This document shows positions 9,757 through 17,661 of a stretch of DNA of 64,000 nucleotides, piece by piece (position 1 is the first letter of the stretch; the number at the start of each line of letters is the position of its first letter). Origin of the DNA: Candidatus Zambryskiibacteriota bacterium. Lineage in GTDB: Bacteria; Patescibacteriota; Minisyncoccia; Phycocordibacterales; WO2-35-19. Under the pieces are notes generated by a model. The model had not been told where the DNA came from. It worked only from the letters and a program-made list of their open reading frames with translations, and searched no databases. The stretch is taken from NCBI GenBank assembly GCA_003233455.1, contig QILQ01000012.1, positions 4,441 through 68,440 of the forward strand, written 5' to 3'. The position numbers and the translations under genes are program-made.

Positions 9757-12700
9757 ATGTCAAGTGATTTTTTAGAATTAAATAAAGCTCAAAGAGAAGC
9801 AGTGGAAACAACCGAAGGTCCTCTGCTTGTTTTGGCGGGAGCGGGAGCTGGTAAAACCAAAACTGTCACCTACAGAATTTTAAATTTAATCCAAAAAGGA
9901 GTTGCTCCAGAAAATATTTTGGCCGTAACTTTTACTAATAAAGCGGCTAGAGAAATGGAAGAAAGAATTTCAAATCTTTTAAAGAAAACTTTAAAACTAA
10001 ACAGACCAATTTCAATAGTTGGCAAACCATTTGTGGCCACTTTTCACGGACTCGGAGCTTTTATTATTAAAGAAAATTTTAGGGAAGCTAAAATTAAAAA
10101 ACATTTTAGTATTTATAATAGAGAAGATTCTAAAAAAGCCATTAGAGAAGCTTTGCGAAAAAATAATTATGATACCAAACAATTTGAACCAGGGAAAATA
10201 CTTTCTATTATTTCTCGCGAGAAAAGCAATTTTGTGGTAATAGATGAATATTTGGAAACAACGGAAGGAAACTATTTCAGAGATATGGTCGCCAAAGTTT
10301 GGCAAGATTATGAGATAATTTTAAAAAAAGAAAACGCTTTAGATTTTGATGACTTGCTTTTGGTAGCCGCCAAACTTTTACAAAAAAAGGAAATTAGAAA
10401 AGTTTACGAAAATAGATGGAAATATATTCATATTGACGAATATCAAGATACCAACAAAGTGCAATACCAAATTGTGGAAGCAATCGGCAGAGGACATCAA
10501 AATGTATGCGCGGTGGGAGATACGGATCAATGTCTTATAAAAGGATCGGAAATAAAAATGGCAGACGGTAGTTTGAAAAAAATTGAGAATATAAAAAAAA
10601 ATCAGTATGTATTATCAAATTATGGAAGCGGTGATTTACGTCCTGCAAAAATCACGCGAAAAATAAAAAGCTTTTTTAAGGGTGATCTTATTAGAATCAA
10701 AACAAAAAAAGGAAAAATTATAACGAGCACACCAAATCATACTCATTTTGCCGGATATCAGTTAGAAATCACTCCTCAATTATATTTCAACTACCTTATG
10801 TACAAAAAAGGAATCGGGTGGAGGATAGGTACAACTCAGGTTCATACAAAAGGACAAATAAAACCTGTTATAGGATTTGTACAAAGATCAAATCAAGAAC
10901 ACGCTGATGCTTCGTGGATTATAGCAGTTCACCAAACATCCAACGAGTCCAGAATCCAAGAATATATTTTTTCGCTTAAATACCAAATTCCAACACTTCC
11001 TTTTGTTCCAAGAAAAGGACTCAGTACTGGAGGATATGTTCATGACAAAAATTACCTTAAAAAAATATTTTCCTCTTTCAATACAGAAAAATCCGCCCTT
11101 AAATTACTTTCTGATTTGGGGCTACAATATAATTACCCTCACCATTACCCTCAATCGTCTAATTCTAGTAGAATAAATATAAATGTAACCCTGTGTGGAG
11201 ATAGACGGGGACAAAATCCATTTCATAGAATTTCTGTTCATGGAAATAATAAAATGGAAAAGAAAATACTTGAAACTGCTGGATTTTCTGTTCGCCAAGC
11301 AAAATTAAACACTAAAAATTGGAGATGTGAAAAAGGTTCTTCTAATTACGGAGAAATTTGTATGTTGGCCACGAAGATAGCTTCACTTTTTGATAACTCA
11401 AAAATAATCTTCAGAGCCAGACTTGGTGGTACAAAATCTAACCCAAAGAACAGCAATTCTTTACCGTGTATACCAGCAGGTTCTGTAATGCTAGGTATGG
11501 CTTTATTTTCTATTGACGGCTATGATATTGTATCAAAAATTTCACGAATATCAGTAACCAAAAAAGAAGTTTTTGACATTGATGTTGAAAAAACTCACAA
11601 CTTTATTACAAATGATATAGTAACCCACAATTGTATTTATAGTTGGCGAGGAGCTAACATAAAAAATATTTTGAATTTTGAAAAAGATTACAAAAATGCG
11701 AAAATAGTGGTCTTGGAACAAAATTATCGTTCTACTAAAACTATTCTGGCAGTGGCCAATAAAATTATTGAAAAAAATAAATTCAGAAAAGAAAGAACTT
11801 TAACGACAGAAAATTCAGTGGGTGAAAAAATTGGAATTTTTGAAGCTCTAACCGAAAATCATGAAGCTCAATTTATAGTGGAAAAAGTTAAAGAATTACA
11901 AAAAAAAGGAGTAAATCTTTCTGATATGGCGGTTTTATACAGAGCGAATTTTCAATCACGCGTTTTGGAAGAAGAATTTTTAGCTAAAGATGTGCCTTAC
12001 CAAGTGTTGGGAACTAAATTTTTTGACAGAAAAGAAATTAAAGATATTTTGGCATTTTTAAGGTTTTGTTTTAATCCGGAAAGTATTTCTGATTTAAAAA
12101 GAATAATAAATGTGCCTCCCAGAGGTATAGGTAAAATTACTCTTTTAAAAATTGTGGAAGGGAAAGAAAAAAATTTGCCAGTCAAAATGAAAATAAAAAT
12201 GAAAATTTTTAGAGATCTTTTGAGAAAAGTTAAAGATTTCGCCAGTCAAAATCCATTATCTAAAACTATTTTATTTATAGCGAGAGAAGTCGGTTTAAAT
12301 GAAAATCTTAAAAAAACAGAAGAAGGGGCAGAGAAGATAGAAAATATAAAAGAGCTGGTAACCTTGGCTTCGCATTATGATAAAATATTTAAAGAAGATA
12401 ATGAAGGAGTAAAAAACTGGGATGAAGCGGTGGAAAAATTATTAGAAGATACTTCTTTGGCGTCAGATCAAGACAGTGACAAAAAAGAAAAAAAGGGAGT
12501 TCGTTTAATGACAGTGCATGCCAGTAAAGGTCTTGAATTTACTTATATTTTCATTACCGGCTTGGAAGAGGGACTTTTTCCGCATAGTAGAAGTCAAGAT
12601 GAAAATTTGAGCGAAGAAGAAGCCGAGGAAGAACGCCGACTTTTTTATGTGGCTATTACTCGCGCTAAGAAAAAACTTTTTCTTTCTTACGCTCAAACTC

Positions 12701-12849
12701 GCACCATTTTTGGTAGCAGAGGAATTAATATTCCCTCTGAATTTATACTGGAAATTCCAGATAAATATTTGGAGAGAGAATCTTTGGATTCTCTCCCTAC
12801 GGGAGACAGGTACTCAAAAAGAAAACCACTTATTCATATTGAGTTTTAG
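9757..12849 (+). CDS. uvrD: UvrD/PcrA-family ATP-dependent DNA helicase, intein-containing
   Basis: Walker A AGAGAGKT, motif III GDTDQ/CIYSWRGAN split by intein, C-terminal VHASKGLEF...YVAITRAKKKL. Confidence 0.85.
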   Translation: MSSDFLELNKAQREAVETTEGPLLVLAGAGAGKTKTVTYRILNLIQKGVAPENILAVTFTNKAAREMEERISNLLKKTLKLNRPISIVGKPFVATFHGLGAFIIKENFREAKIKKHFSIYNREDSKKAIREALRKNNYDTKQFEPGKILSIISREKSNFVVIDEYLETTEGNYFRDMVAKVWQDYEIILKKENALDFDDLLLVAAKLLQKKEIRKVYENRWKYIHIDEYQDTNKVQYQIVEAIGRGHQNVCAVGDTDQCLIKGSEIKMADGSLKKIENIKKNQYVLSNYGSGDLRPAKITRKIKSFFKGDLIRIKTKKGKIITSTPNHTHFAGYQLEITPQLYFNYLMYKKGIGWRIGTTQVHTKGQIKPVIGFVQRSNQEHADASWIIAVHQTSNESRIQEYIFSLKYQIPTLPFVPRKGLSTGGYVHDKNYLKKIFSSFNTEKSALKLLSDLGLQYNYPHHYPQSSNSSRININVTLCGDRRGQNPFHRISVHGNNKMEKKILETAGFSVRQAKLNTKNWRCEKGSSNYGEICMLATKIASLFDNSKIIFRARLGGTKSNPKNSNSLPCIPAGSVMLGMALFSIDGYDIVSKISRISVTKKEVFDIDVEKTHNFITNDIVTHNCIYSWRGANIKNILNFEKDYKNAKIVVLEQNYRSTKTILAVANKIIEKNKFRKERTLTTENSVGEKIGIFEALTENHEAQFIVEKVKELQKKGVNLSDMAVLYRANFQSRVLEEEFLAKDVPYQVLGTKFFDRKEIKDILAFLRFCFNPESISDLKRIINVPPRGIGKITLLKIVEGKEKNLPVKMKIKMKIFRDLLRKVKDFASQNPLSKTILFIAREVGLNENLKKTEEGAEKIENIKELVTLASHYDKIFKEDNEGVKNWDEAVEKLLEDTSLASDQDSDKKEKKGVRLMTVHASKGLEFTYIFITGLEEGLFPHSRSQDENLSEEEAEEERRLFYVAITRAKKKLFLSYAQTRTIFGSRGINIPSEFILEIPDKYLERESLDSLPTGDRYSKRKPLIHIEF
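10531..11631 (+). other. Intein (367 aa) inserted in helicase motif III of UvrD/PcrA
   Basis: Block A CLIKGSEI after GDTDQ; block B TPNHTHF; blocks F/G VFDIDVEKTHNFITNDIVTHN followed by +1 Cys (CIYSWRGAN). Confidence 0.75.
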
Positions 12850-12887
12850 AGTATTGATAATGTTATGATAAAGTATATACTTGAATT

Positions 12888-13136
12888 ATGACTACCCAAA
12901 TAATGTTCAAAATTGAAAATAAGCTCAAGAAAGCAGCTCAAGAAAGAGCCAAAGAAGAGGGAATTACTCTAAGTGATTTTTATAAATCTGCCACCAAATC
13001 ATTTGTGGAAGGTAAAATAACAGTAGGAATAATTTTTGAAGAAGAGAGTTTAAACGATTACACAAAAGAAAGTTTATTGTCTTTAAAAAAAGGATTAGCT
13101 GATTGTAAAAAAGGCAAAGTTTTTAGAACAAGATGA
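12888..13136 (+). CDS. RelB/DinJ-family antitoxin
   Basis: IMFKIENKLKKAAQERAKEEGITLSDFYKSATKSFVEG; overlaps toxin gene by ATGA. Confidence 0.55.
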   Translation: MTTQIMFKIENKLKKAAQERAKEEGITLSDFYKSATKSFVEGKITVGIIFEEESLNDYTKESLLSLKKGLADCKKGKVFRTR

Positions 13137-13390
13137 AAATATTTTGGACGAATGAATTTAATAAAAATTTAAAACTTCTCCCAACTAAAACAAGAAGGCT
13201 CTACAAAAAACAGGAAAATATCTTTTTTGTAAACTGGAAAGATCCTCGCCTCCACACAAAAAAACTAAAAGGAGTTAATCAGATTTTTTCTTTTAGAATT
13301 ACAAGAAAATATAGAGTTTTATTTAAAATTACAGATAAATCCTCAATTTTGTTTGTTTCAATAGGTCACAGAAAAAATATTTATGACTAA
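13133..13390 (+). CDS. RelE/ParE(YafQ)-family toxin
   Basis: 85 aa, ...FSFRITRKYRVLFKITDKSSILFVSIGHRKNIY. Confidence 0.6.
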   Translation: MKIFWTNEFNKNLKLLPTKTRRLYKKQENIFFVNWKDPRLHTKKLKGVNQIFSFRITRKYRVLFKITDKSSILFVSIGHRKNIYD

Positions 13391-14324
13391 ATTTCAACCA
13401 AAAAAATCATTGGGGCAACATTTTTTGAGAGATTCAAAAATACTCAAGAGAATTGTTGATTTTGCCGAGATTAAAAAAACAGATATTATGGTAGAAGTGG
13501 GACCTGGAGAAGGAGGACTTACTAAATTACTTCTTGAACAAGCGAAAAAAGTGATAGCGGTTGAAAAAGATGAAGAGATGGTAATTTTTTTGAAAGGCAA
13601 ATTTAAAAAAGAAATCAAAGAAGGAAAATTAGAAATTGTTGAAGGAGATATTTTAGATTTTTATTCGCAAAATATTTTCTCGCCACTTGCGGACTCAAAC
13701 TATTTTGCCACCAACTATAAATTAGTTGGCAATATCCCATATTACATAACTGGAGCTTTGTTTAAAAAAGCTTTAGAAGCTTCAAATTTTCCAAAATCAA
13801 TAACTTTTGTAGTCCAAAAAGAGGTAGCACAAAGAATTATGGCTCAAAGATGCCTGCCTGCCGGTGGGCAGGGAAAAGAAAGTATTTTGAGTATTTCCAT
13901 AAAAGTTTATGGCAAGCCGAAATATGGGGGAGTTATAAAAGCGGGCAGTTTTTATCCAAAACCAAAAGTTGATTCGGCTATTTTATCAGTAAGAGGTATT
14001 TCAAAAGAAAAATTTCAAAGGACTGACCTTAAAAAAAATCCCAAAGGTCAGTCCTTGGGAAAAGAAAATTTTTCTTTTGGGGAAATACTTGAGCAGAATT
14101 TCTTTAAAATATTAAAAATAGGATTTTCTCATAAAAGAAAGTTGCTTATTAAAAATTTGGAGAACCTGTCAAGGGTCGCCTTTTTGGGGCAACTTTCAAA
14201 GGCGACCCTTGACACTTCAAATCTAAAAGAAATTTTTGAAAAATGTGGAATTTCAGATAAAGCCAGAGCAGAAGATTTAAAAGTTGAAGATTGGATTTGC
14301 TTGAGCAAAAAGTTTTCACCATAA
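13383..14324 (+). CDS. rsmA: 16S rRNA (adenine1518/1519-N6) dimethyltransferase RsmA/KsgA, with in-frame palindromic insertions
   Basis: LGQHFLRDSKILKRIV...VEVGPGEGGLT...FYPKPKVDSAIL...FSHKRKLLIKNL; longer than usual owing to inserted segments. Confidence 0.85.
   Translation: MTKFQPKKSLGQHFLRDSKILKRIVDFAEIKKTDIMVEVGPGEGGLTKLLLEQAKKVIAVEKDEEMVIFLKGKFKKEIKEGKLEIVEGDILDFYSQNIFSPLADSNYFATNYKLVGNIPYYITGALFKKALEASNFPKSITFVVQKEVAQRIMAQRCLPAGGQGKESILSISIKVYGKPKYGGVIKAGSFYPKPKVDSAILSVRGISKEKFQRTDLKKNPKGQSLGKENFSFGEILEQNFFKILKIGFSHKRKLLIKNLENLSRVAFLGQLSKATLDTSNLKEIFEKCGISDKARAEDLKVEDWICLSKKFSP
14018..14056. repeat. Perfect 13-bp inverted repeat (AAGGACTGACCTT/AAGGTCAGTCCTT) inside rsmA coding sequence
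   Basis: Direct reading; encodes RTDLKKNPKGQSLG within the ORF. Confidence 0.7.
14167..14214. repeat. Perfect 17-bp inverted repeat (TGTCAAGGGTCGCCTTT/AAAGGCGACCCTTGACA) inside rsmA coding sequence
   Basis: Direct reading; encodes SRVAFLGQLSKATLDTS inserted between conserved KRKLLIKNLENL and NLKEIFEKCGI. Confidence 0.75.
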
Positions 14325-14361
14325 GCAAAAAAAGTATAAAATCTTTGCTATACTTAAACAA

Positions 14362-15210
14362 ATGATTGCTTTACCAAGTAAAAAAGTTTTGAGTATTTTG
14401 ATTTTAACAACTGCTTTGGTAGTAGCTGTTATTATCGCTTTTGGCAGAGATAAAAACAATAAAACCATAAATTTTGCCAGTAATTTAGTGGCAGGAGATA
14501 AAGTCTCATTACCAAAAAATCCAAATTGGCAAAATGAATTAAATAATGTAACCACCGGTATAAATCAAACAGAAGAAAACGCTTCAACAACAAAAGAAAC
14601 TGCCACTGATATTATATCAAGAAGTTTGATATCAAATTATTTAGCTTTAAAACAAAGTGGTAATTTAAACCAACAATCAGCCAAAAAATTAGTATCTCAA
14701 ACTGTAAATTTAACTAACCAATTGGGAAATAAAGTTGTTTTAAATACCAAACTTAATATTGTGGCTAACAATGGTCGTCAATCAATTCTTGACTATGGTG
14801 AAAATTTAGGAAATATTCTAAAAAAGAATAGACCTAAAGAATTAAAAAATGAATTGAAGATTATCAGTCAAGCGGTAGAATTAAGAGACCCATCAAAAAT
14901 AAATGAGTTGGACAGTGTTATTGTTGTCTATCAAAAAATTGTTGATAAACTGATTAAAATGCCCGTGCCTCAAACTTTTGCTAAAGCTCACTTGGATTTA
15001 ACCAATGGATTAAAGGGGGTAATCATCTCTCTTACAGAAATGAAAACTATTTTTAATGACCCCATTAAAAGTTTGTCGTATATGCAACTATACAAAGAAA
15101 GTGTAAATAAATTTACTCAAGCGATAAAAGCCACTGATATATTTATAATTCAGAATAAGATTATTTATAAACAAGGTAGCGGTGGCTACTACTTATTATA
15201 CGGGATATAA
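14362..15210 (+). CDS. Hypothetical secreted/membrane-anchored protein
   Basis: N-terminal hydrophobic anchor, N/Q/K-rich. Confidence 0.35.
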   Translation: MIALPSKKVLSILILTTALVVAVIIAFGRDKNNKTINFASNLVAGDKVSLPKNPNWQNELNNVTTGINQTEENASTTKETATDIISRSLISNYLALKQSGNLNQQSAKKLVSQTVNLTNQLGNKVVLNTKLNIVANNGRQSILDYGENLGNILKKNRPKELKNELKIISQAVELRDPSKINELDSVIVVYQKIVDKLIKMPVPQTFAKAHLDLTNGLKGVIISLTEMKTIFNDPIKSLSYMQLYKESVNKFTQAIKATDIFIIQNKIIYKQGSGGYYLLYGI

Positions 15211-15251
15211 TAAGGATGAAAAGTCACAAAAATTAAAAGCAATAAAATAAT

Positions 15252-17630
15252 ATGACAAAACTCTCAAAAAAAATTATCGTTTTAGTTTTAGCGACTACCT
15301 TTATTTTTTCTCCTATTTTAGCAACTAAAGTTGAAGCTCAGTGGGTCGTTTGGGATCCGGGAAATTTCGTGCCAAATTCAATTTCCGCCGCAAATAGCAT
15401 AGCACAAACAACAAAAGATTATGGGCTTGATAGTGTAGCTTGGATAATAGTCAATCTTATAATAGAAAGAATGGCGGCCAGCACAGTTAATTGGATAAAT
15501 ACCGGTTTTAAAGGAAGTCCCGCTTATGTAACAGATCCGCAAGCCTATTTTCAAGATATTGGCGATAAGGTAGCTGGTCAATTTATATTTAAAAATCCAA
15601 ATTTGAATTCTCTTTGCAGACCTATAAATGCCAACATAAGATTGGCTCTCAATCAAAATTATATTCAAGACAGAATTTGGCAATGTACTTTAACTGACTC
15701 AGTGGGAAATATGCAAGATTTTTTGGGCGATTTTAATAAAGGAGGTTGGGATAAATTTTTTGAACTCTCGCAAAGACAACAAAACAATCCGATTGGTGCT
15801 TATTTGCAGGCCCAAAATGAGCTTGATCTTCAAATTGCCACCAGACAAGAAACAAAACAAAAAGAACTTAATTGGGGTCAAGGTTTTATGTCTTATAAAA
15901 AATGCGAAATTTACGGACCAGATATAGTAACCCCTGGTTTTCCGGGTGACCCAGCTAGACCAGAAATAAGACAACCTGTTTGTTTGAAAGAAACAACAAA
16001 AACACCTGGGTCAGTAATATCAAATCAATTAAATAAACAGTTAGGAGCCGGTCAAGATAAATTGGTGGCAGCAGATGAAATAAACGAGATAGTCAGTGCT
16101 CTTTTGAATCAACTTATAACTCAAGTGGTTGGTGGCGTGGGTAGGGGTTTGAGAGGATTGAGTAGTCCAAGTCAAACTAACAGTAGTCAAACGTTTACGA
16201 AGCAGTTGTCTAATACTAGTGCAAAATCAACAGTTGATTATTTTGGAAGTACTGTTGATACATCAATTTTAGACATTCCTCCTCCAGATTTAAACGCAAA
16301 CAAGCCCGAGAATTTTAATTCTCAACCTATAAATCTAAATAATTCAAACATTGATACTGTTGCAATAACAGGTGCTTTTAAAATAGGGAGCACATTAGCG
16401 ACTAACATTTCAGTACCAATAGGCACAAATGTAACTTATCAGTGGCAAATAGCAGATACGGAAAATGGAGTATATAAAAATATTTCGTTAGCTACAGGAA
16501 CCACATATACCCCAACAGCGACTGATGTTAATAAATTTATTAGAATCGCTATAAAAGATTCGGGTAGTCTATCTGGAACAATAACAAGTAAAGCCACAAT
16601 AATAACACCTAATGTAAATGCACCAACAGCATCAGATAATAATATTGGAGTATATTTTTGGGCAAGCCCTATAATAAATAGCGGTTCAGATATAATAAAA
16701 ACTGGAGTTAATCTTACTAAAAATCTTGGAGTGAAGAAAATAAGGATAACTCTTAGTTCCAAAACTGATCTTGATTATGGTATAAGCAATAATTGTATAA
16801 GCAATTTTTCTTTGGTTAATATTGCCAAGAGAGGGGATTTCACTTCAATATTTTCTGATCCAAAATTTAATACCATTATGATTACTGCCTATGATGGAGT
16901 GTCTTTCCCTGATTGTATTACCAAAAATTACCTCAATCCAAATTTTGTAACTAAAAATAAGCAACAAATTGAACAAGAATATAAAGATCTTGCAAATTAT
17001 TTGAAAAGTTTCCCTTCAAAAAATTTTATTATATCAAACTGGGAAGGGGATAATGATATATATTGTGGTCAAGCTTATGGAACATCAGCTACTGTTTGTC
17101 CAAATTATTTAAATGCTATGGATGGATTTAAAAAATGGGTAATAGCATACAGCGACGGAATTAGTTCTTCTGGGGCTAGTAATGTTTACAGTGCAGTAGA
17201 ATTTAATATTGCCAGATATTTAAAAAATAATGATTTACCGAGTGTGCTATATGATGTGATTCCAAATGTTAACACAAATTATTTTTCCTACTCTTCTTAT
17301 GAATCAATAAATCCAATCATTACTTTAAATGACAAGGGAAATCAATTAAAATCAGATTTAACTTTAATTAAAAATGTAATTTCTAGTGCAAGTAAAAACC
17401 CAAATAATCTAATTATTGGTGAATTTGGTTTTAGTTCTTCAAATAGAGATTTGGTCAAAGATAGTCTAAAAACTGCTGTTGATATATTTAAAAATAATAA
17501 TATTAATAACTATTTTGTATGGAATCTTTCAGATTCAGGCGGATCATTTGGTTTATATGATGCCAATTCACAAATGACCAGTGCTGGTAAATATGTGTGC
17601 AGTATCGCGGGTGGATTAAACTGTATTTAG
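15252..17630 (+). CDS. Large hypothetical secreted protein (792 aa)
   Basis: Signal peptide MTKLSKKIIVLVLATTFIFSPILATKVEA, no recognisable domain. Confidence 0.4.
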   Translation: MTKLSKKIIVLVLATTFIFSPILATKVEAQWVVWDPGNFVPNSISAANSIAQTTKDYGLDSVAWIIVNLIIERMAASTVNWINTGFKGSPAYVTDPQAYFQDIGDKVAGQFIFKNPNLNSLCRPINANIRLALNQNYIQDRIWQCTLTDSVGNMQDFLGDFNKGGWDKFFELSQRQQNNPIGAYLQAQNELDLQIATRQETKQKELNWGQGFMSYKKCEIYGPDIVTPGFPGDPARPEIRQPVCLKETTKTPGSVISNQLNKQLGAGQDKLVAADEINEIVSALLNQLITQVVGGVGRGLRGLSSPSQTNSSQTFTKQLSNTSAKSTVDYFGSTVDTSILDIPPPDLNANKPENFNSQPINLNNSNIDTVAITGAFKIGSTLATNISVPIGTNVTYQWQIADTENGVYKNISLATGTTYTPTATDVNKFIRIAIKDSGSLSGTITSKATIITPNVNAPTASDNNIGVYFWASPIINSGSDIIKTGVNLTKNLGVKKIRITLSSKTDLDYGISNNCISNFSLVNIAKRGDFTSIFSDPKFNTIMITAYDGVSFPDCITKNYLNPNFVTKNKQQIEQEYKDLANYLKSFPSKNFIISNWEGDNDIYCGQAYGTSATVCPNYLNAMDGFKKWVIAYSDGISSSGASNVYSAVEFNIARYLKNNDLPSVLYDVIPNVNTNYFSYSSYESINPIITLNDKGNQLKSDLTLIKNVISSASKNPNNLIIGEFGFSSSNRDLVKDSLKTAVDIFKNNNINNYFVWNLSDSGGSFGLYDANSQMTSAGKYVCSIAGGLNCI

Positions 17631-17661
17631 TGGTTTTATATTTTATTATAATGAAATAAAT

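Noticed and set aside
10012-12868. Antisense/overlapping small ORFs inside uvrD (10012..10305-, 10019..10240+, 11997..12185-, 12505..12696-, 12647..12868+)
   Set aside because: Overlap a well-supported helicase gene.
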